DNA of 64,000 bases, taken from assembly GCA_002269645.1 (NCBI GenBank), contig NIVC01001018.1:186001-250000 (forward strand), in the 5' to 3' direction. Source of the DNA: Macrostomum lignano. Lineage: Eukaryota. The stretch's first letter is position 1. Each line of letters starts with the position of its first letter. The translations under genes and the position numbers were made by a program. Of this stretch, positions 22,761-34,374 are shown one piece after another. Below the pieces are notes generated by a model. That model did no database searches. It was not told the origin of the DNA and saw only the letters and a program-made list of their open reading frames with translations.

Positions 22761-25700
22761 TCAGGGTGGTCCGCCGGTCCGTCCTGCAGCGTGATCTTCC
22801 GTTGGGAAGAAACTGGCTCGTCTAGTCGCCCGAAGGAACTGGATGAGCCGTGGGATGCTGTCGGGCTGGCAGACCTCGTCAATGGACGGGTTCGGCCCGA
22901 GGTAGCGTAGCCGGTCTCTGTTAAAGAAAGGGCAGTGACAGACAAAGTGCTGAGCATCTTCATTGTCGCACTCGCAAAAGGGGCAAATTTCGCTCTCGAG
23001 GTCGCCTCGGAGGAAGCAGTGCCTGGCGAGGTAGCCATGGCCGGTAAGGGTCATGACAAGGGCTCGAATATCCTTCCGATTCTGGTTCAGAAGGATGTTT
23101 CTGAGCCTGTGAGACGGGCAAGGAACCGCGGCACGAGATTGCCGGCAGTTTTGGGTGCCCGCCCATCTGTCCCTGTGGAGGGAGTCAGCCCAGTCGTCGA
23201 TCTGACGATTGATGACTGTCAAGGGCATAGGGACCAGGGGGGCAGGGCCGAAGAAAGAGCCAGAGCCGCCCCTATTGGCGAGGGTGTCTGCCAGCTCGTT
23301 CCCCGGAAACCCTGCGTGCCCTGGGATCCACTTCAGCCTGACAGTATTGCTTCTGGCCAGGAGGTTGAGCTGCCGGGCGCAGTCGGCGACTGTCCGGGAG
23401 ATCGTTGTGGTGTGGCAAAGGGCCTGTAAGGCCGCTTGGCTGTCAGAGTGGATGACAATAGTCTTTCCTCTCGTAACCTTGGCGTTCAGCTCTGCAGCGC
23501 AAGAGCTGATGGCAAGGACTTCGTTCTGGAAGACTGTGGAGAGTCTACCAGTGTGCTGGGCATGCGTGGCAATTACGCGGCCGTTGATGATGATGCAGAC
23601 CCCAAAGCCGGCGCGACCGTCTTTGATGGATCCGTCCGTGTAGCAATGGACCTCCTGGAAATTCCAGTGGTCATTGGCAGCATCCCTAGAGGGGATGGTG
23701 ACCTTGTAGCGCTGAAAGAGGTTGAGAGTGCGGGGTTCGCCGTCAGATAGGACGTGGAGCCCGCCGCTGTCTCTCAAGTCCTTGAGGCAGAGGTCAGCGT
23801 GGGGCAGAAGCTTGCGCTTAGCCATGGCCCTATGGGGCTGGATTCGAATGCCAGCGTCAGCTAGACGGCGGGCAGTCTTAGCCGCTTCCCTGCGGACAAA
23901 GATGTCCAGCGGAGGAATGTTGAGGAAGGCGTTGAGGCCATCGAAGGGAGCAGACGGAGGGGCGCTCATGATCGTGCGACAAGCGCGCCCTTGCGCTCTC
24001 CTGAGAGCCTCTAGACAGGTCTTTATCTGCAGGGCGCTAGCCCAGATCAGGCCGCCATACGAGATAGCGGGCCTAACCATTGCAGTGTAGATCCACCAGA
24101 GGCGCTTGGGGGTGAGCCCCCAGGTGGTGCCGACAGCCCTGCGCAATTGCGCGAGGACTGCGAAGGCCTTTTTGGCTTTTGTTTGAACGTGGGGTGACCA
24201 GTTCAGCCTGTGGTCCAGGGTAATACCCAGACATTTAGTCTGCTTGCAGAAGGGGATTTCCCTTCCGTAAAGCGTGAGCGGCCGAATCTGCCACTTGGTC
24301 CTGCTGGTGAACATGATCGCTGCGGTCTTAGTCTCAGAGAGCCTTAAACCACAGCGGTCCGCCCATTGCTCAGCAGCGTAGATGAAGTTCTGAAGAAGGT
24401 CCCTGAGGGTATCAGGGGACGGACCAGATGCCACCGCGGTGACATCGTCCGCATATCCAACTTTCAGAATGGGGTCAGGCCGAACAACCCGGAGGAGCTC
24501 ATCGATGACCATATTCCAGAGAACTGGAGACAGCACCCCACCTTGCGGGCTACCTTTGCAGACGGGGACCGTCCTCTGGTAGCCCAGCAGACTGGCGGTG
24601 GCCGTGCGATGGCTGATCATGTACATGATCCATCTGGTGAGATGTGAGTGCGTTAGCCTCTCACAAAGAGCTCTTCGGAACGCCTCAAAGAGGACGTTAT
24701 CGAAGGCGCCAATGATATCCAGGAAGATCCCCAGAGCAAAGCCATTACCAAGCACGGCCTTCTCGAGTTTATCGACCAGGACGTGCAGCGCGCTTTCAGT
24801 GGAGCGACCCGCCCGAAAAGCGTGCTGGTTCTCGCTGAGAGGTTTGTTCTTCAGCTCAACAGAGAGAAGGCGCCAAAGCACCAGTCTCTCCATCAGCTTG
24901 ACCAGGGAGGAGGTCAAGCTGATCGGTCTGAAGGATTTGATAGAATGGTAGTCCGAGCGGCCTGGCTTAGGGATAAAGATCACCTTTGCCTCGGTCCAAG
25001 CCTGTGGGACATAACCAAGCGTGATGCATGCCCGAAGAAGGCTGCAAAGTTTGCGCAGGAAGCCTGGGCATTTAACCGCCTCTCTTAGAAGGGCCGGTAC
25101 AATGCCGTCGGGTCCTGGGGCTTTGAAAGGCTTGAAGGAATTTGCCGCTCTCACAATGCGGTCCTCCGTGATGATAGAGGCAGCCAGCGCGTGACCTCCC
25201 TCCGAGTGATCCGGAGTGGTCTGGTTAGCTGGCTCGTTGGGGAAAAACGCAGTGAGCATTACATCAAGCGTTTCCCCTGGGTTGTCCGTGGACGTACCGT
25301 CGGTGCGTTTGACCGAGGAGAGCTTAGACATTTTGTCCAGCGTGAGCGCTTTCACAACTCTGGAGGTGGGGCGTGAGCCCTCTAGCTCCTCACAGTATTG
25401 TCGCCATTTTTGAGCCTTTGCATTCCTAACCTTCCTTTTAAACTCATGAATTGCTTCATGATAGGCGGTTTGGTCTGCAGGGCTCTTAGTTTTAGTTGCT
25501 CTGCGGTGGAGTCTCTTAGCCCTGCGACGGAGGTTGCCGAGCTCGGGATTCCACCACGGCGCTGATTTTTTCCCTTTATAGGCTTTTAAAGGGCAGGACG
25601 CCTCAAAGGCGGCGGTTAGCGTCTCTGTCAAAACAGTCGCGCACTCATCCGCCTCTCGGCACGACGTGATCGTGGATGGTTGGCCAGGAGACCGATGGAA

Positions 25701-26465
25701 TTCCTTCAGGGCGAGCCCGAAGGTTTCCCAATCCGTATTTCTGGCGTTCCGTCTCCACGTAACACGAGTTGCGCTACGCGCGGCCATTAGGTTGAAGGAG
25801 ATGAACTTGTGATCCGAGAGTGAGGACACTGGAAGCACCCGCCACGCTCCAATACTCTGGTAGAGTCTGGGCGTTGCGAGCGTAGCGTCGATCACCTCCG
25901 ACCACCGTCCGTTGTCAAAGGTAGGGGTGGACCCAGAGTTGCAGAACTCGAGGGTCGTAGAGGCAACGTAGGCTAGGAGGTCTTCGCCTCTCTGATTAAT
26001 GCCAGTGCTGCCCCAGTGAGTGTGGTGGGCGTTGATGTCGCCGGCAACCATGAGCTCGTAGTTTTTGGCAGAGCAGAGCTCTACCAGCGTAGCGAGGGCT
26101 CTGGGGACGACCGCAGCATCGCCTGGTAGGTAAACCGAGGCAATGAGGGTGGTCTTCCCAGGAAGAAGGTCCTCGGATTGGATGACGCAGATGTCCCTGT
26201 TGGACAGGTCCGATCTGAGCCACGCACTGAGCGTTTTGCTCGCAAAGATGCAAGCTCTGGGAGGCTGGTTGGCCTCGCGAGGGTAAGTATAAAAACAATT
26301 GTAGCCAGCAGGGGCGTTTTGAGGCTTACCTCTGAGAGTCCAGGGTTCCTGGACGAGGATGAGCCCCGGCTTGTCGAGCTCGGCGTAACGCATAAGGTTG
26401 ACCGAGGCTGCGACGCAGTGCTGCAGATTAATCTGCAGGCAATGGATTCCTTGGTTGCTGATCAT
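22761..26465 (-). CDS. LINE ORF2 polyprotein (AP endonuclease, reverse transcriptase, RNase H, C-terminal zinc knuckle), uninterrupted
   Basis: QINLQH, GDINAHH..WG, SDHKFI, KAPGPDGI, FRPISL, PQGGVLSP, YADD, YTDGS, WIPGH, NELAD, CPFC...HFVCHC. First ATG is at 26465, 2 nt after the ORF1 stop. Confidence 0.95.
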   Translation of the reverse strand: MISNQGIHCLQINLQHCVAASVNLMRYAELDKPGLILVQEPWTLRGKPQNAPAGYNCFYTYPREANQPPRACIFASKTLSAWLRSDLSNRDICVIQSEDLLPGKTTLIASVYLPGDAAVVPRALATLVELCSAKNYELMVAGDINAHHTHWGSTGINQRGEDLLAYVASTTLEFCNSGSTPTFDNGRWSEVIDATLATPRLYQSIGAWRVLPVSSLSDHKFISFNLMAARSATRVTWRRNARNTDWETFGLALKEFHRSPGQPSTITSCREADECATVLTETLTAAFEASCPLKAYKGKKSAPWWNPELGNLRRRAKRLHRRATKTKSPADQTAYHEAIHEFKRKVRNAKAQKWRQYCEELEGSRPTSRVVKALTLDKMSKLSSVKRTDGTSTDNPGETLDVMLTAFFPNEPANQTTPDHSEGGHALAASIITEDRIVRAANSFKPFKAPGPDGIVPALLREAVKCPGFLRKLCSLLRACITLGYVPQAWTEAKVIFIPKPGRSDYHSIKSFRPISLTSSLVKLMERLVLWRLLSVELKNKPLSENQHAFRAGRSTESALHVLVDKLEKAVLGNGFALGIFLDIIGAFDNVLFEAFRRALCERLTHSHLTRWIMYMISHRTATASLLGYQRTVPVCKGSPQGGVLSPVLWNMVIDELLRVVRPDPILKVGYADDVTAVASGPSPDTLRDLLQNFIYAAEQWADRCGLRLSETKTAAIMFTSRTKWQIRPLTLYGREIPFCKQTKCLGITLDHRLNWSPHVQTKAKKAFAVLAQLRRAVGTTWGLTPKRLWWIYTAMVRPAISYGGLIWASALQIKTCLEALRRAQGRACRTIMSAPPSAPFDGLNAFLNIPPLDIFVRREAAKTARRLADAGIRIQPHRAMAKRKLLPHADLCLKDLRDSGGLHVLSDGEPRTLNLFQRYKVTIPSRDAANDHWNFQEVHCYTDGSIKDGRAGFGVCIIINGRVIATHAQHTGRLSTVFQNEVLAISSCAAELNAKVTRGKTIVIHSDSQAALQALCHTTTISRTVADCARQLNLLARSNTVRLKWIPGHAGFPGNELADTLANRGGSGSFFGPAPLVPMPLTVINRQIDDWADSLHRDRWAGTQNCRQSRAAVPCPSHRLRNILLNQNRKDIRALVMTLTGHGYLARHCFLRGDLESEICPFCECDNEDAQHFVCHCPFFNRDRLRYLGPNPSIDEVCQPDSIPRLIQFLRATRRASFFPTEDHAAGRTGGPP

Positions 26466-26467
26466 TA

Positions 26468-27933
26468 TCACGCAGTTGGGGAATCGTTGAGCAGGTCATC
26501 CTCCTCCTTTTCAGTGGTGGGTGACCCGCAGACCTCCATGGGAGTTTCAGCGTCCTCAGCAGTTAGGGTGGCTGTGGAGTCCTCCGCGGACGTGAGCCCA
26601 GCGTGGACGTTACCGTCGCCTCCCCTGCGTGCTTCGGTGCTGTCACTGCCCGTCCCCTCTGCCTCGTCGGTCAGGTCGATGCGGGTGGCGCCAGCCTCCT
26701 GGTGAGTCACAGACTCGAACCAGTCGGTCGGAGCCTCCCCGCTTAGAGTCTGGCCTTCTGGCTGTTGGGGTGGAGCGCGAGAAGCGCGGGCCCGCTCACG
26801 ATGCGCACGAAGGTTCTTGGCCTGGTCCAGCGCGCGCTGGATCAGGCCGGACCTCCGGGTGCTCCTGGCGGGTCTGCGATTGCGATTTCCGGTTTCAGCA
26901 GCGCGAACTGCCTTACCGGGCATAGGATCGGCCGTTTGCCTCGGCTTCTTTGCCGGAGGAGCCTGGGCCCCAGTTCCGGTTTCGGAAGCTTTGGCATTCT
27001 TGGCTTCATCAGCTTTCCGCTCCTCGCAACGGAGGATGGTCAGCTGAGTCAGACCAATATGAATTGTGGACTTAGGCGGCAAGCGCTTAGCCCAGTCATC
27101 AGAGAGCCCTAGGATCACCGTAGCCCCCTTCTCCTTGCGGGAAGTGGCGTGGTGTAGGAGCCCGTTGACCTCAAGGTCGGGGTGCAGCTTTAGCAATATT
27201 TGCCTAAGCTGATCTCCGGACTTAATGGCACTGCCGGCCGGGATCCAGACGCGAAAGCGCTGGGTCTTCTGTCGTTCGCCTTCGCTGGCGAAGACGAGCT
27301 TGCCGAGCTTCTTGGGCCAGTTCAGCTTTGGCAGAAGCTCGCGTAGATTGCGGCTGCTCTCCTCCGAGCTGCACCAGATGAAGATGCAGCCGTCGGTCTT
27401 GGCAGACTTGACCACGCTCACAGGGCGGCCCGCCAGGAGCTGGTCGATGAGCGCAGCATCGATGGTGCGCCAGGCACTGTCGAGCTCGTCGGCCGTGAGG
27501 TCCTGCTCTTCCCCGAAGACGATGACCGCCGGTTGGAGCTTGACCTTTGAGGCGTAGTTGGTGGCGGCGGTTCCCGAAGGCCCGGCCGCGCTTGTAGCAG
27601 ATATACTGGGTGGCTCACCAGCGGGGGTTGTATCCTGGGGGGCAGGGGTTGCTGTGGTTCCTTTCGGCCAACAGCAGCCTCGCCCTCCCTAGGTTCCCCC
27701 TCCGCCGGTGGCCGGCCCGCAGTACCCCGTAGTCGCCGTCGCCGCTCGTTGCGGCGTTCGTTGCGGGTGCGTCGGGCTTCAGCGGAGGGCCCGGTTGCGC
27801 GTGCGGGCATGTCACCGGCCGAGCCGGCGGCAAGCCCATCTGCCCTCGGTGGGGCGGCGCTGGTGCCAGAGTCACCGGCCGGAGTTGCCGGGGCCCCGGC
27901 TTCAGCGGGGTTGAAAGAGGCGGATGACGCCAT
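26468..27933 (-). CDS. LINE ORF1 with one frameshift near 27690-27640
   Basis: The ATG at 27933 opens one frame; a second frame runs open from about 27688 to the stop at 26468 (NYASKVKLQPAVIVFG...FRVWIP...ILLKLHPDL). Confidence 0.75.
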
Positions 27934-30900
27934 AGCTGAAAGCGGGAAGGAGTGAGCAGAGTCACAAAAAAAGAGGAAAGAAGAAAAAGAAAAGGACCGC
28001 TAGCGACCGGACAACCCCCCGGCCTTCCAGCCCATCGGCACGGTCAAACACCTTAGGCATTAGGGGGTACGTTAAGCAGTACCACGGCCTGCAGGCTGGC
28101 AGGCCAGACCCGCATACCCAAATTTGGCCGAAGCCACTGGATGGGTCGCCAGCGTCGGAGCCCAGTCTGTCCAGCAGCCCTAGGGTCTGCCTTGAACACA
28201 CGCGGGACGAGTACCCTGGGTCGACTTGTGAAACAGCGTGAGGGGGGGGGTCTGCGGCTGCCAGCGGCAAATAGCGGGTGCAGACCTCCCTCTCCAGCCT
28301 TGACCTGCTGAAGATAGGGGCAGGCGTGAAGCATCGCAGACCGTAGCCCATAGGCCTGGTCTGTCTCATACTTCACTGGCGTGCTGAATACACCTTCGCG
28401 TGCCTACCGGGTGCATACTTTGGGCTATCCATCTGGGGCACAGAAAGATGTGCGAGGCAGGTAAAGCCATATTATTATACTAGTTTTTCAGCGATAATGA
28501 GCCAAGTAAAGGCTTTGTGTACTGATTTTACTAGTAGATACTAGTAAATTATCTCCGCGTGTATGTTGTGAGCTGCGCCGATCACGGGCCCCTTGACCCG
28601 GCACTCTCCGCCTATCCTCTCCCTGCCGCTGGTTCATTCTGGTCGGCCTCCGTCTTAAGCTGCCATTCTTTATCTTATTTTTCTCGCTTTCATTTTCGCG
28701 TCTTGGCGTCAAGCTCTCAAGATCTCTCTCGTTTGGCCTAGCCCAAAGTCTCAGAGCGGAGGCCGCGGTTAGAATTAAGCCTCCCCCCCTTCTTTCTCTC
28801 TCGCCCTTCAGCTCTGAGTTTTGCCCCTAACCCCCAGCTAAGGTTGCACTTAATATAATAGTCCTGCGTACTATACTTTATGTTGTACAGTGTGTTGTAG
28901 TCTTCTTGGTTATACAAGTATATACATGTACATGTATGCATGGAAATTTGTGTAGTTGGCTGATAAATCTCGTTTTATGCATGTTTCTCTTGTGCATGTT
29001 GCATCCAAATTTATTTCATCACCCTTCTGTGCTCTTTATTTTCTCTTTCCTTATTAATAATTGCTTCTATCAATTGCTTTTCAATCATAAAATCGTGTAT
29101 ACACTGGTGGAACTCGTGAAAAGGGGATTTAATTGTGGTCGCAATTTTGCTGCAAAATTCATACTATACATATGCCGGACAATTAATTACCTCAAATTGC
29201 TATGCAATTTAAGGATTATTATAGAACACATTTTTGGTTGACCTGATGATGAGGTAGATTCAATTAAAGACAGTTTTTTAATAGAGCCTGTAAAGTTAAA
29301 AATCATGCAATGATAGCAGCTGAACCAAATTAAGCTAGCTCTATCATTTTCTGCAATAAATTTCCCATTTCCTTTTGATAAAAGATCCTCGCTCTATATT
29401 TATGCGATTCTTTTATGGTAAATAGAGTTTTACTGGGTTTATGCACATGCCCTACATGATTTTGAACCATATGCAAAAAGTTGATCGATAGTACTGTATG
29501 GTGAGGAGAGCTTCGAAAAAGTTGCTTCATCGGATATTAGCAATGCAACTATGCAAAGTGTGTCTAAATGACATGTATATGACCAGCCTTCACTGGTAAA
29601 AATACCCGTACTTTTAACTAATGGTTCTTTAAATTAAGATGAAAACGAACTGCAGGTAATACACTGTAATTGGAGGTTCAACGCTTTTATAATATACATC
29701 TTTGAATTGCCGCGCGCGGTATACATAACTATAATTGTGGGCTGCAGTCTACTCTCCAGAATGGACGGTAGCTAAGTAAATATAAAACAACGCCTGATCC
29801 CATCATATATTCCGATACGCTGCAACCAGCTCAGGAAAAATTCAAATCCCAACTTTAGCCCTATAGCTTTACATGCTTATGGCAGTACGCGCACAATTTA
29901 TGTCAACAAAGTCAAGTTTGCATTAGATAATTCTCAACCAGCTAGTGTAAATAGCAGAGCTTGTAGCAGTGCCGTTTTGGAAGTACGAAGTTAATCTACA
30001 TGTATAAGTTTAGGAACTGACATTATTCACCATGGCTATAATGTGTATTTGAAACCTTGGCAACATGCAAAATTTAGTGCAAAAATAAAATTCTCATCGA
30101 TGACTCAATTTTCGACAACAACTGATTGCTATGAGATAGAGTGAAATTTATTGTCGAATATATATATAATATCAATCTTCTAAAAGTCCTAAAACAAAAA
30201 GCTTTATACGTCCAACAATAGGGTGAAACAGACACAACCCATTCTTTGGCTGATTGGCCAAACAGAGCGATACTAAAGTTTAAATTATAAACTACTAAAG
30301 GTGAATTTAGAAAAGGGAACAGATCGATAAAACAGCATATTGTTGTTTGCCGATGCTTTTGGCTCATTTTTTATGTCTAATATTATAAGCAGATTTAGTG
30401 GCACCTGTACAGAGTGGCATCATATGTTAAGGATTTTCTGTTGCCTCTAGAAGGGGCAATTCACCTGCACAGCATAAAGTAGAAGGGCACTAACACTTGC
30501 AAATCGTTGCTTCTAATTGTTTCTAAATAGAATGTCCCGCTGTTCGAGTATACAATAAGTATAAAATAATTCACATTCTATGGTTAGAAGGTCCGAGGCT
30601 GTACTTAATAGTCTAGAGGCAAGCGAAGCAAGGACTTATAGATTATGACCATAGAGTATGACCATAAACTTTTTAACAATACGAGTATATGACCATAGAC
30701 TATGACCATAGACTATTTAACCTTAGAGTAATTTAACAAAAATGTAAACGTTTATATAACTTTAACTATAATTTTACCATAGACAATAGACAAATATTAG
30801 CTTGAAAAATACGTGAACCAAACCTTGGACAAAACCCACGGCTTCTATTTGCTTCATTTAAAATTCGAAATTTATGAAAGCGAGATACTGTTTCTTTCTC

Positions 30901-31069
30901 GCTAATGCATTTTGAAGCAAAAACCGGTCAATATCTACAGGGAACTTGTTTTCATGATTTGCAATTGTATCGTCCTACTTTGATAGCTCGTAGTTATCCA
31001 TAAATGAAGATTTCGCACAATAGGAGTTCCCAGGGGCACCACCTGGAGCTTGAAACTCAATCGAAACCT

Positions 31070-32119
31070 TTAGTTGGTTCTCGTCCGGCCCTTGTGAGGC
31101 ACCTGATCTTCCTCCTGATGCCGTCGTTGGTGATGTTGCCTTCGCTGTTGCTGCTGCTTCCGCTGCCGATGCTCCTCGACGGAATCTTCGTCAACATCGC
31201 TGCCGCCGTCGCATTCGATGCCATCCTCGTCGCTGTCCTCTTCGCCAGGTTGATGAGCAGCCGCCGGCTTCGCCCGGCCTAGCGGTGGCAGCCGACGCGG
31301 CACGATGAAACCTTCGTGCGACTTCGACAGTCCCGTGGTTGGATGATGCGGCTGCTGCTGCTGCTGCTGCCTTTGCCTGTCTGTGTCCGTAACTTCCACC
31401 CGAACTGAGTCCGTTTTGTACTTTTGCAACAGCCGCGTTGAGACGTCCTCCGGACCGCGAGAGTGCGGCTGCCAGCCTGAAACGGCGTCGCTTTGAACCG
31501 ACGACGAGTGATTGCTGCCGCCCTCTCTGGCGTGCTGGAAGTCGTCCTCCGTGAACATCAGGCCGCCGCCGCCGCCGCCGCTGCTACTGCTGGGATGCCG
31601 GTCTCGTCGTTGATACGAATGCGGCACGGCACTGGCACCGGCCGCGCCCCTCGGCGAGATGGCTGCCAGATGGTGCTGATCGTCGTGTCCGCCTGAGGCG
31701 GCGTAGCGCGGACTGCCGCCACCTGCTGGCGTCCTCGGCGTCCTCGGCGTCCTCGGACTCTCCGCCTGCGACGGGGCCCGGCGCCGGAGATCGACAGTTT
31801 CGTCCAGCTCGGCTGGCATCGCCGACGGCAGCTGCTGACCGTTGGCAGCGTCGCCGCCGCCCCAGGTGCTGCTCCGCGACTGTCGAACCCGGCCAGTGCG
31901 CTGGCGCGCGGGCTCGCGCGGCGACTCCTCGGACTGCTCGCGGAAGCCGTCGTAGACGCTGGTTGGCTGCTGCGAACGCCTGACTGGATGGTGCGGCAGC
32001 TGCTGCTGCTGCTGGAGCTGCGGCTGCGGCTGCTGAGTCTGATAGTGATGTGGCTGGCCGCGTCTGTCGCCAAGAAGGCCGCTAGCGGAGATTGACAGCT
32101 TATCAAAATGCCGATCCAT
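31070..32119 (-). CDS. Orphan low-complexity, probably disordered protein or exon, 349 aa
   Basis: GC-rich ORF with an ATG in AAAAATGG context inside AT-rich DNA; polyQ/G and acidic tracts; no recognisable domain. Confidence 0.6.
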   Translation of the reverse strand: MDRHFDKLSISASGLLGDRRGQPHHYQTQQPQPQLQQQQQLPHHPVRRSQQPTSVYDGFREQSEESPREPARQRTGRVRQSRSSTWGGGDAANGQQLPSAMPAELDETVDLRRRAPSQAESPRTPRTPRTPAGGGSPRYAASGGHDDQHHLAAISPRGAAGASAVPHSYQRRDRHPSSSSGGGGGGLMFTEDDFQHAREGGSNHSSSVQSDAVSGWQPHSRGPEDVSTRLLQKYKTDSVRVEVTDTDRQRQQQQQQPHHPTTGLSKSHEGFIVPRRLPPLGRAKPAAAHQPGEEDSDEDGIECDGGSDVDEDSVEEHRQRKQQQQRRQHHQRRHQEEDQVPHKGRTRTN

Positions 32120-34374
32120 TTTTAAGCGTTCTCTGGTCAGCTTTGGGAATCCACTGTATACTGACTGAACTCACTGTGCTTAAAAGTGACTACAAATTGA
32201 CGTCGTTGAATCTGAAAACATTGGCTTCGCTGAAGAGGCCGCTTGACCAGAAAATGGTTTGCTCCAAATTTTATTGTTCTTGCAAGCCAATGCCGAAGCT
32301 GCTTTTGCTGCTTGCTGGCTGCCCAGCGAGTCCGCATCAAACTCAGGCTCCCCCTGTCACACCAGCTGGGCCCGGCCAAACACGCTCTAGAAATTCCCTT
32401 CCCCCCCCGCTTCCTCTCCTCTCCATTTCTCCCTCGCCCACTTCGCTCCCCTCGCACTGTATGCCTTCCCGCCCAGCTGTACCACCAACTGATTGTACAG
32501 CCACCTGCTATTCAGGGGAGAATCAAACTCATGAGAGATGGCGAAATGGCGGTATAAAGCCCATGCAAGCCTATTCTTAACCATCACACTTGCGTCCTTT
32601 TGTACTTCTCAGCCCTCTCCCTCTCTCTCTGGTCTTTCTGAGATCCCCCATCTCATTGGCTCATGTAATGACAGTGGGAAAAACAGTGCAATTCATTCTC
32701 TATTTTATGCAAGCACGGGAGCTGGGAGTCCAGTGTTTCACAGGCAGCTTATGTAGGTGAATTCTAGTAGGGATAGGGAAGCAAGTATTGGAAAAGAGGG
32801 GTGAGTAGAGGAACTTACTAGTCAACGTACAGCCTTCTCCCCCTACTCTTTACTCTTAGTTTCCTAGACAACAGAGACAAATATTTTATAACAGAGCTAT
32901 AGGCCTTCTTTAGAAGCACATTAGCTCTCGCCTCTCGCTGTGTCTCTCAGGTAGTAACAATGCAGTTTTAGCTTAAAATTTTTAGTACCATGATAGTTTT
33001 ACTTCTTTATTATAGTTTCTGTATAAAGTCTGGTGTTTGCCTATACTAGTAATAAGTAGTAAGATTTTTTTTGTAGTTTTTACTGAATTGTGAAACTTAA
33101 ATCTTATAACTTGAATTATCATAACTCGTAAATTCGTAAATGGCAGTTTTTTTCAGGCTGTTCTCACCGTGGATGGAGAATAAGTGGTCAGAAATCTTGG
33201 CTCCACTCCATCCTACTGACCAAAGGACAAAAACTTGACTTCGCTGACTTTCGAGGCTCTGAAGAGAACCCAATTTGGCAAAGAGATTTCAAGTTGAAAG
33301 CAAGCGCTTGGTAAGAATTATCTGCACTCGCGCAAAAGCTCAGATTAGCTTAATGAGCATTTCTGCTTTTTTCCATAGACACTACCACGTCTTTCTGAGA
33401 CGTTAGTAGCACGAATTCAAAATGAAAATATCCAAAAACGAAGATGAAAAATTATTTTCAGTGATATGTGAGGTTGTGTAACAGTACCCCTGACCTTTGC
33501 GCACGTTTCTTGCTGCAGCTCCTGAATAAAAACAGATATCAACATGCTTTTAACTTCATTTTCTTCGTGACAAAACTTCCTTTCATTTGACACCAAGGGC
33601 GTGAAACATCATGGCTCCGTTGAAGAGCTACGTTAGACATTCCGGGAACTTTTGGGACACCCCTCGTATATTGGATATTAACAAAATAAAATCCCGGAGA
33701 ACGTAAATAATACCCCTGTTTAATTCCTTTCTTTGTTGTCTCCCCAACGGGGGCTGATTGTTAGTTAGCTTTCTAAAAATAAATCCGTATTTCTAATTTA
33801 AAGTAGAATAAATCTACTATATCAGATACTAGACTACTTGTATTGTAAGTAGTACCGTCTGCGAATTTTTTATATGTAAGCAAAAAGGCAGCGAAATCGC
33901 ATGTAAATATTGCCTGCATTTATTGCTATTTTATTTCATAGGTTTCTGCGGAACTGTTTATTTAATTGTATAAAATTTGAATTAGCTATATAGTAAAAAA
34001 ATCAGGTAAGAAATGAACAAAGATTGTTAAAAAAAGTATTTTCATTGAGTAGAATTGTTGAGTACGAGAAGTGCTTTCAACAGAAATCAGTTGTCATAAA
34101 TATCTATTATATTTCGATATTTGCAGAAGGGAATGTTATGAGAGCTATAACCGTGCTAATTAGCAATGTATTTTTATGTGCATATTATAGTAGTATCAAA
34201 ACTTTTGCGTGTGTAACATTTAATGTCTTGTGTTGCTAAATAAATGTTTATACAAGATTCGAAGCAAAGTACGAGTTTATACACTGTAGACTTCTGCTGC
34301 CAAGCTGATTCACGGTTAAGGAGATTCTCAGATGCCTGCAATCGTGTTCAATCTGGCTGTGTAACACTGAGGGG

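Larger units (their letters stand above)
22650..28403 (-). mobile_element. Full-length non-LTR retrotransposon, Loa/R1-group-like (ORF1; ORF2 APE-RT-RNaseH-CCHC)
   Basis: 13-bp TSD CTACCGGGTGCAT (22637-22649, 28404-28416); short AAGTC-repeat 3' tail; two ORFs. Confidence 0.93.

Noticed and set aside
28560-28900. Possible solo LTR
   Set aside because: Ends and TSD could not be defined.
33648-33670. Mariner-like terminus TTTTGGGACACCCCTCGTA
   Set aside because: The matching other end was not found, so no element could be delimited.
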